Below, piece by piece: positions 39,807 through 48,871 of a stretch of 64,000 nucleotides of DNA (the stretch's first letter is position 1; each line of letters starts with the position of its first letter). Location of the stretch: the IMG/VR virus record IMGVR_UViG_3300032295_002257, positions 15,492 through 79,491 of that record; one strand, written 5' to 3'. Made by a program: the position numbers and the translations under genes. This stretch comes from a virus (Duplodnaviria; Caudoviricetes). Under the pieces are notes generated by a model. That model was not told the origin of the DNA. It saw only the letters and a list, made by a program, of their open reading frames with translations, and ran no database searches.

Positions 39807-39986
39807 TTATTCAGTGCTTTTTTTAGAATTTATATATTCTTCGATTTTATTTGTTAAATAATCAATAGAACCTTCCGGTCCTTCAAACCCCATATACTTC
39901 ATATAAACTCTAATACTATCAGGGTTTTCTTCTAATCGTTTTTTTAATTCTTCTAAGGTTGGAAGATGTGCGGTTATATATGTCAT
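39807..39986 (-). CDS. Hypothetical protein (59 aa)
   Basis: Not in the ORF track: MTYITAHLPTLEELKKRLEENPDSIRVYMKYMGFEGPEGSIDYLTNKIEEYINSKKSTE. Overlaps the upstream stop. Confidence 0.6.
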   Translation of the reverse strand: MTYITAHLPTLEELKKRLEENPDSIRVYMKYMGFEGPEGSIDYLTNKIEEYINSKKSTE

Positions 39987-40369
39987 TCTAAATCTTTTGG
40001 TTCGTTTTTATAGATTCGGTAACTATCATCATCAAAGTGTTCTGTAGATACTTCCATTACAATTGAATTGGGCGATAGTGCCGTTAATTGATGCGGTAAC
40101 CCTTTTTCAATATAAACAACATCCCCTATTTGCAATTGAGTTATACAACGTTCCCCATTTTCAGTATCAATCCAATCAAATTGAAATGCTCCATTTTGAA
40201 TATACCAAGTTTCATTTTTAATCATGTGGTAGTGCATAGAAAATTTATTTCCCACATTGGTAAACACCAATAACTTCCCACAATACTGATTATCATTATG
40301 AACCCATAATTCATATCCCCATTTTTTTTCTACTCGCTTTGGTTGCTTTATTTTAACATCAAATTTCAT
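39983..40369 (-). CDS. Cupin (sugar-phosphate isomerase-like)
   Basis: VEKKWGYE, FSMHYHMIKNETWY and PHQL cupin metal motifs. Confidence 0.75.
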   Translation of the reverse strand: MKFDVKIKQPKRVEKKWGYELWVHNDNQYCGKLLVFTNVGNKFSMHYHMIKNETWYIQNGAFQFDWIDTENGERCITQLQIGDVVYIEKGLPHQLTALSPNSIVMEVSTEHFDDDSYRIYKNEPKDLE

Positions 40370-40372
40370 ATA

Positions 40373-41338
40373 TTATAATTTAATAAAATATTTTGATTTT
40401 TTTAATTCATTGTATTCTCGTATTTCACTATTTAAAAAATTATATATTCTTTCAGATATAGGATCGTTTGATTCTGTTAATAACAAATTCAAATGATTAT
40501 AAAGTTTTTTGTTAGATATTACATTACCCTTTAAGTTACTTTTTGCATTTGTGTAATCTATTGTATCACTCCATGTATTGAAAAGTTTGAATGCTGAATC
40601 TTTTTTACAATCATCCAAATCTATAATTTTTACTTTAGTTTTATTTTTTATATTATAAATAAATTCTTTAAATTTAGATAAGTAATTTTGAGTATGTGCA
40701 TCATAATAAATTTGATGAGAATTATAATCAATTATATACATAGTTATTTTCACAAATATATTAATATCGATTATACTTAAACTTTTATCAGAAAAAGTAT
40801 CTTCTTCATTAAAATATAAATCATAATTATTAATAATATTATCTATTTCAGCATCTGTGATATTAATAAGAGATTTTATTTTATTTCTTTCATTTTCGGT
40901 TCTTAACAACTCACAAACATATTGACCTGTTATTTGAGGTAATCCTGATAAAAATCTTTTTATTGGATTTCTTATTACAAAAACCAAATCCTTTGGATTA
41001 TTAAATAAAAATTCATTTATTGTTGATGTGTTACTATGTTGAAAAAACGAATCATAATCATAGCAACTATTTTTATGTTCATCTATAAATTGTATAGATG
41101 CGATTAAATCTGAAAATTCTGTATTAACAATTAATCTATTATTAGAATTATCAGAATATGAAAAATTAATGTGATATTGGTTATATACTTCATCAATAGT
41201 TTTAGGCCAATTAGATAAAAACAAAAAGAATCTAGTTCCAACTTTTTGATAGCAAAAAACAATTGCTTTATCAAAAATATTAATTGATGGAGCAAAATTA
41301 TAATTTTGTGATTGGTTTTGTATTTGTTGAATATTCAT
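40373..41338 (-). CDS. Sulfotransferase-fold protein (family 2-like)
   Basis: YQKVGTRF, FVIRNPIKRFLSG and DAHT; paralogue of 36820-37665. Confidence 0.6.
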   Translation of the reverse strand: MNIQQIQNQSQNYNFAPSINIFDKAIVFCYQKVGTRFFLFLSNWPKTIDEVYNQYHINFSYSDNSNNRLIVNTEFSDLIASIQFIDEHKNSCYDYDSFFQHSNTSTINEFLFNNPKDLVFVIRNPIKRFLSGLPQITGQYVCELLRTENERNKIKSLINITDAEIDNIINNYDLYFNEEDTFSDKSLSIIDINIFVKITMYIIDYNSHQIYYDAHTQNYLSKFKEFIYNIKNKTKVKIIDLDDCKKDSAFKLFNTWSDTIDYTNAKSNLKGNVISNKKLYNHLNLLLTESNDPISERIYNFLNSEIREYNELKKSKYFIKL

Positions 41339-41339
41339 T

Positions 41340-42386
41340 TTAATTACTTAATGGTGCTTTAATTGTGGGATGTGCTTGATATCCTTCTAATACAAAATCT
41401 TCTACTTTATACATTGGTAAACAATCACCCTCCGCTCTTTTAACATTCTCTGTTATTTTTAATTTTGGTAATTCAAACGGAGTTCTATGAATTTGTTCTT
41501 TTGCTTGTTCTATGTGATTCTTATATAAATGGGTATCACCTAAGTTACCAATTAATTCATAAGGTACCATATCCACTTCTTTTGCTATGATACATAAAAG
41601 TAATCCATAGGATGCAATGTTAAATGGTAATCCTAAAAATGTATCTACCGAACGTTGATTCCACATTAAAGAGATTGCTCGTTTTGGTGTTGATTCATAA
41701 TATTTATCATCAAAATCAGGTATTAACTCATCGTTGAATTCCATACCGGTTTCATAATTTCTATTAAACCAAATTCTATACCTTTCTTTATTACTTAATT
41801 CTCTCGTATACATTTGAAATCCGTAATGACATGGTGGTAAAACCATTTGGTCTAATTCACCTACATTCCAAGCAGATACCATCAATCTTCTACTATCGGG
41901 ATTTGTTTTGAGTTCGTTGATTAGATTTTGGATTTGGTCTATTGGTTCATAACCATTCTTAATATCCCACTCTCGCCATTGCTTACCATAAATAGGTCCT
42001 AACTCACCCCACTTTTGAGCAAACTCATTATTAGTTTTTATCTTATCTATAAATTGTTCTTTGGTTAATTGACTTTCATTACCAAACCATTCTGTCATAG
42101 TTTTTTGATAATTTTTATAAGCATCACCATCCCAAATGTGACAATCGTTATCAACTAAGTATTTGATATTCGTATCACCTCTCAAAAACCATAGAAGTTC
42201 TGTAACTATAGTTTTCCATGCCATCTTCTTTGTGGTTAGTAACGGAAACCCATCTTTCATTTTGTGGCGAATCTGTCTACCAAATACGGAAACAGTTCCA
42301 GTCCCAGTTCTATCTTCTTTAAATGTTCCATTAAGTGCTCCTATATCGGTAAGCAGTTCTTGGTATTGTTTATCTAAATTATTCAT
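41340..42386 (-). CDS. thyA: Thymidylate synthase
   Basis: DRTGTGT, LGPIYGKQWR, LPPCH catalytic Cys, NQRSVD and HLYKNH; contains an insertion. Confidence 0.95.
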   Translation of the reverse strand: MNNLDKQYQELLTDIGALNGTFKEDRTGTGTVSVFGRQIRHKMKDGFPLLTTKKMAWKTIVTELLWFLRGDTNIKYLVDNDCHIWDGDAYKNYQKTMTEWFGNESQLTKEQFIDKIKTNNEFAQKWGELGPIYGKQWREWDIKNGYEPIDQIQNLINELKTNPDSRRLMVSAWNVGELDQMVLPPCHYGFQMYTRELSNKERYRIWFNRNYETGMEFNDELIPDFDDKYYESTPKRAISLMWNQRSVDTFLGLPFNIASYGLLLCIIAKEVDMVPYELIGNLGDTHLYKNHIEQAKEQIHRTPFELPKLKITENVKRAEGDCLPMYKVEDFVLEGYQAHPTIKAPLSN

Positions 42387-42390
42387 ATAG

Positions 42391-42750
42391 TTATTTTATA
42401 ATCCCATGTGGATTTGGCTTTCCATTTTCATCTACTGATACAAATACAATTTTATCTATTCTAATTATAGTTTTCTTAGTATCTTTATTTCTAACCTCAC
42501 AAGCTATTGTTACTGATGTTGTCCCAAATCCTACCAACTCACATCCTATTTCTATTATATCCCCTAACTTAGCAGATGATATGAAGTTCACCTCACTCAT
42601 AGCTTTAGTTACTATACTTCTACTACTCAATTGACATATACAAAATATAGCCGCTTCTTCATCTATCCATTTCAATACTTGTCCGCCGAATAGAGTTCCT
42701 CTTGCATTTAAATCTTCGTATTTTATTAATTTCCTAGTTCTAAAATTCAT
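42391..42750 (-). CDS. Acyl-CoA thioesterase (hotdog fold)
   Basis: DLNARGTLFGGQVLKWIDE and FVSVDENGKP. Confidence 0.85.
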   Translation of the reverse strand: MNFRTRKLIKYEDLNARGTLFGGQVLKWIDEEAAIFCICQLSSRSIVTKAMSEVNFISSAKLGDIIEIGCELVGFGTTSVTIACEVRNKDTKKTIIRIDKIVFVSVDENGKPNPHGIIK

Positions 42751-42756
42751 ATCAAT

Positions 42757-43071
42757 TTACTTCTTAATGTTATTTTTGGGTTGTGTTTTTGTTTTAAAAA
42801 AGATAAATAGTTTGGATTCTAAGTTATCCATTTGTGTCATTGCTATCCACTTTCCCAATACACTACCACCGATATAAAAAGGTAATACCCACATATCTCC
42901 TTTTAAAAGGCTATCTAATGAAAAATAAACTGAAGCAAGTGATACTAAGTTAATCCATACTGAATTAAGTAGTAACCTATTTAATTGATTCTCATAAGTA
43001 AATTTAATCTCCAATACTTTAAAGATATTGAACATTATTTGAAAGGTTAATATGGCTATATAATTCATCAT
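42757..43071 (-). CDS. Small three-TM membrane protein
   Basis: Three hydrophobic segments, basic C-terminus. Confidence 0.6.
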   Translation of the reverse strand: MMNYIAILTFQIMFNIFKVLEIKFTYENQLNRLLLNSVWINLVSLASVYFSLDSLLKGDMWVLPFYIGGSVLGKWIAMTQMDNLESKLFIFFKTKTQPKNNIKK

Positions 43072-43958
43072 TTAATAAAAGGTAGTATTGCTAACTCCTT
43101 TCCTTTTGCTTCAACCATAATGTCCAAATCCAAGCCGTATGTATTGGGGAGGGCATTAATAAGATAGGAATGAGCTTGTGGTTTTTCTTTTTGGTTATTT
43201 TCATGCAATGCTTTTGATTCGGAATAGTGAACCTCTTGTCTAATATCTTTTGGCCAAGTAGTTGCTGCTAATTTAAGTGCTTCTTCTTCACTCATACCAC
43301 CTGTACAAAATTGGTGGTGGTGATAATCGAACACAATTGGAATACCAGTCTTTTCGTGAATATACATCAAATCTTTTACAGAATACATTGAAGCCTTATC
43401 ATCATTCTCCAGTGTGAATCGTTTGCGAACTGATGGTGAGAGTCTTTTAAAGTTTTGAATCAATCTATTCATTGCTGATTGTTTATCTCCATAGACACCA
43501 TTACAATGAATATTAATATTGTTGTATGTTGTTTTGGATAATCCCATCATATCAAAAACCTTACCATGTAATTCTAAATCTGCTATAGTTTTTAGAATAA
43601 CTGATTCGTTGGGAGAAGGCAATACATTGAATGGACCAGGATGGGAATTAATACGCATGTTCCAAAACTTAGCGTAATCACCTGCTTTTTTTAATTCCGA
43701 TTTAATCTCTTTGTAATCTTTCAATTGAGTAATATCTATATTGTCACCCCAAGGAATAAGAGCAGATGATAAACGAAAGAAATTAATTCCGTTTAATCTA
43801 TTCCATTCTAAAATCTTAATGATATCTTTTGCATTAAGTAATGCAAGTTCGGAAACATAATCTAAACCTTTTTGTTCAAAGGTTTTTTTAACCATAGTTC
43901 GATTGGTAGTAACCTTCTTACCCATAGTCATATTAATACATGCGTATCCTAAATTCAT
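43068..43958 (-). CDS. uvsE: UV damage endonuclease
   Basis: LGYACIN, FFRLSS, HPGPF, LENDD, FDYHHH and HYSES. Start moved to ATG 43958 because the track start lies inside the promoter. Confidence 0.92.
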   Translation of the reverse strand: MNLGYACINMTMGKKVTTNRTMVKKTFEQKGLDYVSELALLNAKDIIKILEWNRLNGINFFRLSSALIPWGDNIDITQLKDYKEIKSELKKAGDYAKFWNMRINSHPGPFNVLPSPNESVILKTIADLELHGKVFDMMGLSKTTYNNINIHCNGVYGDKQSAMNRLIQNFKRLSPSVRKRFTLENDDKASMYSVKDLMYIHEKTGIPIVFDYHHHQFCTGGMSEEEALKLAATTWPKDIRQEVHYSESKALHENNQKEKPQAHSYLINALPNTYGLDLDIMVEAKGKELAILPFIK

Positions 43959-43982
43959 TATTTGATATAATTTGTTGTTAAA

Positions 43983-44014
43983 CAAATATACGAAAAATAG
44001 CTGAATTTACCAAA
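43983..44014 (-). promoter_or_regulatory. Bacteroidota sigma-70-type promoter
   Basis: TTTG(44014-44011)-N20-TATATTTG(43990-43983). Confidence 0.75.
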
Positions 44015-44016
44015 TA

Positions 44017-44340
44017 TTATAGGGAGAAACTTTCCCCACACCCACAAGTTCTGCTGGCGTTTGGATTTATAAATTGGAATCCTTTACCATTTAATCCATC
44101 GGAAAATTCTAATTGAGTTCCAAATAAGTAAAGTAGTGATTTATTATCTACAAGAATTTTAACCCCCTTATCTTCTGCTAAAGTATCATTTGTTTGTTTA
44201 TCAGTATCAAATGAAAGGTCATAGGATAATCCACTACATCCACCACCTTTAACCGCAACTCTAACATATGGAGTTTGAAATCCACTCTCTTCTATAAGCG
44301 ATGATAATTTTTTAGCTGCTGTTTCTGTAACTGTAATCAT
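44017..44340 (-). CDS. iscA: Fe-S cluster A-type carrier (IscA/HesB)
   Basis: GGGCSGLSY and CGCGESF. Confidence 0.92.
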   Translation of the reverse strand: MITVTETAAKKLSSLIEESGFQTPYVRVAVKGGGCSGLSYDLSFDTDKQTNDTLAEDKGVKILVDNKSLLYLFGTQLEFSDGLNGKGFQFINPNASRTCGCGESFSL

Positions 44341-45755
44341 TAGTAAGATTTTGATTCAAAGTTAGTTGGGTATTGTGATGGTTTTATATGTTGTATCCAA
44401 TAGTTAACCGCATTTTGGTCATTTATCCAATTTTTACGGTCATTCCAATTAAAATCATTTTTGGCGTAATATGGTAACATCCCACTCATAACTTGAGCTC
44501 TATTTGGATGTGCCGTTACTTTGTTTATCAAACCATCTCCATCGGTATCAATACCATCAATAGAACCATCTCCATCTAAATCAATTCCTCTTGGTGTATA
44601 ATCAGTTTGCAATGCTAAAAGTATTTCATCTGTTATTTCTGGCTCCAATGCTTTCTTTTCTTCATCTGTCAACGTAACTTCTTCCACATTCGTTGTAGTG
44701 GAATCAATTTCGTTTTTTTTTTCGGCTTCGTATTTTTTGGCTGCTTCTACTAAAGCATCATTTGGTTCTGATGGATTTTCTATTTCGTTAAAGAATATTT
44801 CCGCATCTTTTTCGGATGCTAGTATTGGTTCATCATATAATCCTAACTCTTGATCATTCTTCATCATTTCAGTTAACATTTCATGTCTTTCTTCTCGAGT
44901 TGGAGATTTTTTTCCATTATCTCCGTATATTTCGTAATTTTTTTCCTCTAAATCATCTAACCCATCTGCTAATGTAACATCCCAATCTGAAAAATCATCT
45001 TCCTCTTTGCGTTTCATCAATAATCCGTTGAATGCAATAATCAATGCTACTGCTAATGGGTCGAATACCAATACAATTATAAGGATAAAGAATTTTACAA
45101 CATCGTTAAGTGGAACATTGAATGCTTCCGCTACGAATCTGAATCCACCAACTTCTCTTTCCAATTCAATGTTGTTATTTTTAATTGAGTTGATTGAATC
45201 TAATGCTACATTATTTTGTATTGTCAACTCATCTATTCTTTTAGAAACTGATGCAATTTCTTTATCAGCATTTCTAATCATTTGAGATACTCTTGAAGTA
45301 GATCTATCCTTATCAATTTGTTTGGATAAATTACTCTCTTGTGAGTTACGAATGTTTTGCTGATTAGTTAATTGAGTTGTGTAACGAGCTATTTCAGCAT
45401 CGTTCTTTTCAATTTGAGTTTGATATACTGCTATATCCCTTTCAATCTTTTGTAATCCTAAATTTTGTTGTTGGAAAGCATTTGATAAGTATCCAAAGAT
45501 ACCGGCGGATGTGATTAACATTAAGGTAGCAACTGATATTGTTAAATACCATTTGTTAAATCCTTTAAGAGTATCCCACTCTTGCTTTAGGTAAGTTGCC
45601 GCTACCAATTTGGCAAATTCTAATGCACCTGCCATTACCATTACCGATACAGTGGCTCCTGCGAAAAGAACACCCAATCCAGTTACGGAAAAATATGCAG
45701 CACATCCAGCAACAATAATTGCTGAAAATCCAACCAAATACTTTAACCAATTCAT
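44340..45755 (-). CDS. Multi-TM membrane protein with coiled coil and acidic tail carrying DxDGDG motifs
   Basis: Three N-terminal TMs, coiled coil, a TM ending FDPLA, and DLDGDGSIDGIDTDGDG. Confidence 0.65.
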   Translation of the reverse strand: MNWLKYLVGFSAIIVAGCAAYFSVTGLGVLFAGATVSVMVMAGALEFAKLVAATYLKQEWDTLKGFNKWYLTISVATLMLITSAGIFGYLSNAFQQQNLGLQKIERDIAVYQTQIEKNDAEIARYTTQLTNQQNIRNSQESNLSKQIDKDRSTSRVSQMIRNADKEIASVSKRIDELTIQNNVALDSINSIKNNNIELEREVGGFRFVAEAFNVPLNDVVKFFILIIVLVFDPLAVALIIAFNGLLMKRKEEDDFSDWDVTLADGLDDLEEKNYEIYGDNGKKSPTREERHEMLTEMMKNDQELGLYDEPILASEKDAEIFFNEIENPSEPNDALVEAAKKYEAEKKNEIDSTTTNVEEVTLTDEEKKALEPEITDEILLALQTDYTPRGIDLDGDGSIDGIDTDGDGLINKVTAHPNRAQVMSGMLPYYAKNDFNWNDRKNWINDQNAVNYWIQHIKPSQYPTNFESKSY

Positions 45756-45767
45756 TATATCTATAGT

Positions 45768-45956
45768 TTAGTAAGAATTTCTAGATGTAACTATGTTTTT
45801 GATACGTTCGATGAATTCATCGATTTCTTTACAATATTTAGCTGCTTCAGCAGGGTTTGCTTGCTTCTTTCCTTCAATCATATCGGAAATAACTTTAGTT
45901 CTCATTGATATAAAATCTAAGTTATCAATGATTCTATCTTTGTATTCGTTTTTCAT
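45768..45956 (-). CDS. Hypothetical protein
   Basis: 62-aa ORF with late motif at 45980-45987. Confidence 0.55.
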   Translation of the reverse strand: MKNEYKDRIIDNLDFISMRTKVISDMIEGKKQANPAEAAKYCKEIDEFIERIKNIVTSRNSY

Positions 45957-45996
45957 AAAATTTGTTTAATGTTCAAATAATAAATATATGTTTAAT

Positions 45997-46030
45997 AAAA
46001 AAAGGGTGAATTTTGACACCCACCCTTTTA
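45997..46030 (-). terminator. Intrinsic terminator after Hsp20
   Basis: AAAGGGTG...CACCCTTT hairpin with A tract. Confidence 0.7.
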
Positions 46031-46042
46031 AATTGTATAGGA

Positions 46043-46522
46043 TTACCCTATTGAAATTGTCCTTTTGGAAGGAATTTGTTTTTCTTTTCTTGGTATCGTA
46101 AGTTCCAAAATACCATCATTAAATACGGCTTTAATACCATCCAAATTGAATACTTTAGAATCGGCTGTAAAGCTTCTAAAGAAAGATGAACGTTTTAATT
46201 CTCTACGAACATACACTCCACCTTCTTTTTCTTCAACCTTAGCTCCCTTCTCTCCTTTCAAACTAATAACATCACCATCAATATCAATTGTGATTTGTTC
46301 TTTAGTTAAGCCTGGAATTTCTGCTACGATTTCGATTCTATCATCAAAGTTAATGATATCGCATTTTGGATATGCGCTTTTTTGAAATACATCTACACCT
46401 ACTTCTTTTGATAACTCTGGAAATGCGTCTGAAAACACTTTATCGAATAAAGTATCTAATGGTGAGAAGAACTCGTCCCTAAATTGCGGGGTAGGGAATC
46501 CCCTTTGAATTTGATTTTTCAT
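46043..46522 (-). CDS. Small heat-shock protein Hsp20
   Basis: Alpha-crystallin motifs YPKCDI, AEIPG and FNDGILELTIP. Confidence 0.92.
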   Translation of the reverse strand: MKNQIQRGFPTPQFRDEFFSPLDTLFDKVFSDAFPELSKEVGVDVFQKSAYPKCDIINFDDRIEIVAEIPGLTKEQITIDIDGDVISLKGEKGAKVEEKEGGVYVRRELKRSSFFRSFTADSKVFNLDGIKAVFNDGILELTIPRKEKQIPSKRTISIG

Positions 46523-46617
46523 TTTTTACCTTGTTTAAGCGTTATAATTAACCATCCTCTTTTGAGCGATGGGTTCGTTCCGCTGGCCAGCCTGAACATA
46601 TATAAATATAATCGTTT

Positions 46618-47283
46618 TTATTTTTTTAACGATTGTTTATATTCTGAATTCTCCATTCGGCAACTCATATGGTCTGCCCAATGTAATAGATAAGGTAATT
46701 CCGTTTTTAATTGGAACTTCTCATCATATGAAATAAAGTATTTTTTACTAGCCTCATTATACAATCCATCAGCTAACATAATACCAATCATTTCTTTTTC
46801 AGTATATTTGATTCCATACTGATTTAACATCCACAATGCTCTATGGGTTACATCCATATAATGAAGTGAACCATTTAAAGTAAATTCTTCATTTTTATTT
46901 TTACGAGCCCAATCATTATCTTGTGGAAGATAATAGGGTTGTTTACCATCACCCAATTTACCTAAGTCGTGATGTAGTGCTGCGAACAATAATTCTTCAA
47001 CTTCAAAATCTATAAATCCACCATTCTCTTTGAATTGCTTCATCATACCCATTGAGTTTTTACATACGTTCATAACGTGGTCAATATAACCACCCACATA
47101 AGCGGAGTGGAAATGAAGTTTACCGGATGCGGGTGCAATTGTTAATTCAACACCTAATTCATTTTCAGAATACATATGAAGTAATTGTTCCATACGTTCG
47201 GGTTGTTTAGCAAATGCTTTCCTAATAAAATTTAAGAACTTATCATAGTTCTCTTGTAGTTGGGTTTCAGTATAATTTCTCAT
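46618..47283 (-). CDS. HD-domain phosphohydrolase
   Basis: GGYIDHV, LHHDLGK and WADH. Confidence 0.85.
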   Translation of the reverse strand: MRNYTETQLQENYDKFLNFIRKAFAKQPERMEQLLHMYSENELGVELTIAPASGKLHFHSAYVGGYIDHVMNVCKNSMGMMKQFKENGGFIDFEVEELLFAALHHDLGKLGDGKQPYYLPQDNDWARKNKNEEFTLNGSLHYMDVTHRALWMLNQYGIKYTEKEMIGIMLADGLYNEASKKYFISYDEKFQLKTELPYLLHWADHMSCRMENSEYKQSLKK

Positions 47284-47287
47284 AACA

Positions 47288-47319
47288 CAAATATACGAAT
47301 TTATTTTTTAATTTCCAAA
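47288..47319 (-). promoter_or_regulatory. Bacteroidota sigma-70-type promoter
   Basis: TTTG(47319-47316)-N20-TATATTTG(47295-47288). Confidence 0.75.
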
Positions 47320-47321
47320 TT

Positions 47322-47687
47322 CTATTCTAAATCTTCACCTGTTAATACTTTATAAAGAATTTCTAATTCTTCTTCGGATGCACAATATCCCAATCCTTCA
47401 GTTCCTAATAGTTCTACAAAGAACGTTCCGGGTGCCAATCCCATATCTTTTAATATACCAATCTCATCCGTTGAATTTGATGTTAAGCGTGGTGCATATT
47501 CATCACCTCTACTTCGTGGAAGGGGTAGTGTATAATAGTAAACCTCTTCATCTGATTCACTACTATATTCACCTTCTTCATCATCTACACTCATCACATC
47601 ACCAACTACATGCTTATACCACTTCTGTCTCTTAAATGTTTCATCGGTTAGTGGAGTTAATGGTAATTTTATTTCTTTACTTCTCAT
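47322..47687 (-). CDS. Hypothetical acidic protein
   Basis: 121-aa ORF, coupled to neighbours. Confidence 0.55.
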   Translation of the reverse strand: MRSKEIKLPLTPLTDETFKRQKWYKHVVGDVMSVDDEEGEYSSESDEEVYYYTLPLPRSRGDEYAPRLTSNSTDEIGILKDMGLAPGTFFVELLGTEGLGYCASEEELEILYKVLTGEDLE

Positions 47688-48232
47688 TATTCTAATACGA
47701 TTTTTGTAAAAATTGTTTTTTTAGAAATACTATGTTTTGCTTTCAATACCAATGTATCACCAACCATATCCATAATAGGAGCTATCATATTATTTATCAC
47801 ACCATCCTTTCCACTATATGATACTGAATTTGTGGTTGGAACTAATTCATCTTTAGATGCTATCATTGGTGGTAGTTTTACAATAGTAAATTGACCTGTA
47901 AAATAGTTTATATAACTTTTAGTGATATAGGCTGTTGTATCTCCTTTTCGTAACCACCAATATAAATTACTTTCCCATTCTACTCTTTGTGGCGGATATG
48001 GTTCTTTTCCATTTACTAACAACCTACCTGTTACTCTATGTGATTGTGAACCACCTAATGTTATTAGTTTTAAATGGTAGTATCCGTTTTGGTCTAAAGG
48101 CAGTGATTGATTACCACTTCTTGTTAATACAGAATCTATTGTTAATGAATAGTTTTGAATGGGTATATTATCATCTTCTTTTGAACACCCAATTACAAAT
48201 AAAAATGTTAAGGGGATTAGAATGTATTTCAT
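47687..48232 (-). CDS. Lipoprotein
   Basis: MKYILIPLTFLFVIG-C lipobox. ATG at 48232 forms a TAATG overlap with the upstream stop. Confidence 0.65.
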   Translation of the reverse strand: MKYILIPLTFLFVIGCSKEDDNIPIQNYSLTIDSVLTRSGNQSLPLDQNGYYHLKLITLGGSQSHRVTGRLLVNGKEPYPPQRVEWESNLYWWLRKGDTTAYITKSYINYFTGQFTIVKLPPMIASKDELVPTTNSVSYSGKDGVINNMIAPIMDMVGDTLVLKAKHSISKKTIFTKIVLE

Positions 48233-48717
48233 TATAATAGTTTTTCCAAAATGCTTTCCCAATTAGGATATTCATTCCAAGTTTCAGTTTCATAAGCCCA
48301 ACCGAATCGTAACAACTCTCCTCTAAATTCTTCTGCTCCGTTTTTCAATCTATCATCAATTAGATAATCACCCATTAGTAAATCCTTGCGGTGGGTAACG
48401 AACATTTTCTTGTGGAAAAGATTTCCAAAGTGAGTTTCAATCCAATATCTTTTGTCAGTAGCGGAATCAGGGTTTCCCCACGGAGCGGCGGTAGCGATGA
48501 ACAACTCATACTTACCACTTTCTGCTAATTTTTTAACGGCCTCAATAGCCCCTTCAATTGGAGGAGGGTTTCTGAAAATACCTGGAATATGGTCTGGACA
48601 TTTTCTGAATTTTTCTCTTAAGTGAGGATTGTTTTCGAAGAACTTATCGAATTCTTTACTCAAATCAACCAACACACCGTCCATATCGATGTAAACTATT
48701 TTTTTCATTTCTTTCAT
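48232..48717 (-). CDS. 5'(3')-deoxyribonucleotidase (HAD, NT5C-like)
   Basis: IDMDGV, KRYWIE and YLIDD. Start set to ATG 48717 (or 48708), downstream of the promoter-like site at 48743-48774. Confidence 0.88.
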   Translation of the reverse strand: MKEMKKIVYIDMDGVLVDLSKEFDKFFENNPHLREKFRKCPDHIPGIFRNPPPIEGAIEAVKKLAESGKYELFIATAAPWGNPDSATDKRYWIETHFGNLFHKKMFVTHRKDLLMGDYLIDDRLKNGAEEFRGELLRFGWAYETETWNEYPNWESILEKLL

Positions 48718-48742
48718 ATTACTCTCATCATTTATTACATAG

Positions 48743-48774
48743 TAAAGATCAGAAAAATTATCCACATTTCCAAA
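48743..48774 (-). promoter_or_regulatory. Variant Bacteroidota sigma-70-type promoter
   Basis: TTTG(48774-48771)-N20-GATCTTTA(48750-48743). Confidence 0.45.
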
Positions 48775-48871
48775 CTTTTTGAAGTCTATTTTCAAAATCG
48801 AAGCAAAAAATAAGCCATTGGTTTTCAATGGCTTATGTGTTTTTTATAATTAATTGATTATCAATACTATA

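Noticed and set aside
41340-42386. Intein or intron in thyA
   Set aside because: The insertions are short (about 30-40 aa), in frame, and lack intein splice-junction residues.
48718-48828. N-terminal extensions given by the track for the nucleotidase, uvsE, the lipoprotein at 47687 and the gene at 53875
   Set aside because: They run through promoters or upstream genes. Downstream ATGs give canonical starts and coupling.
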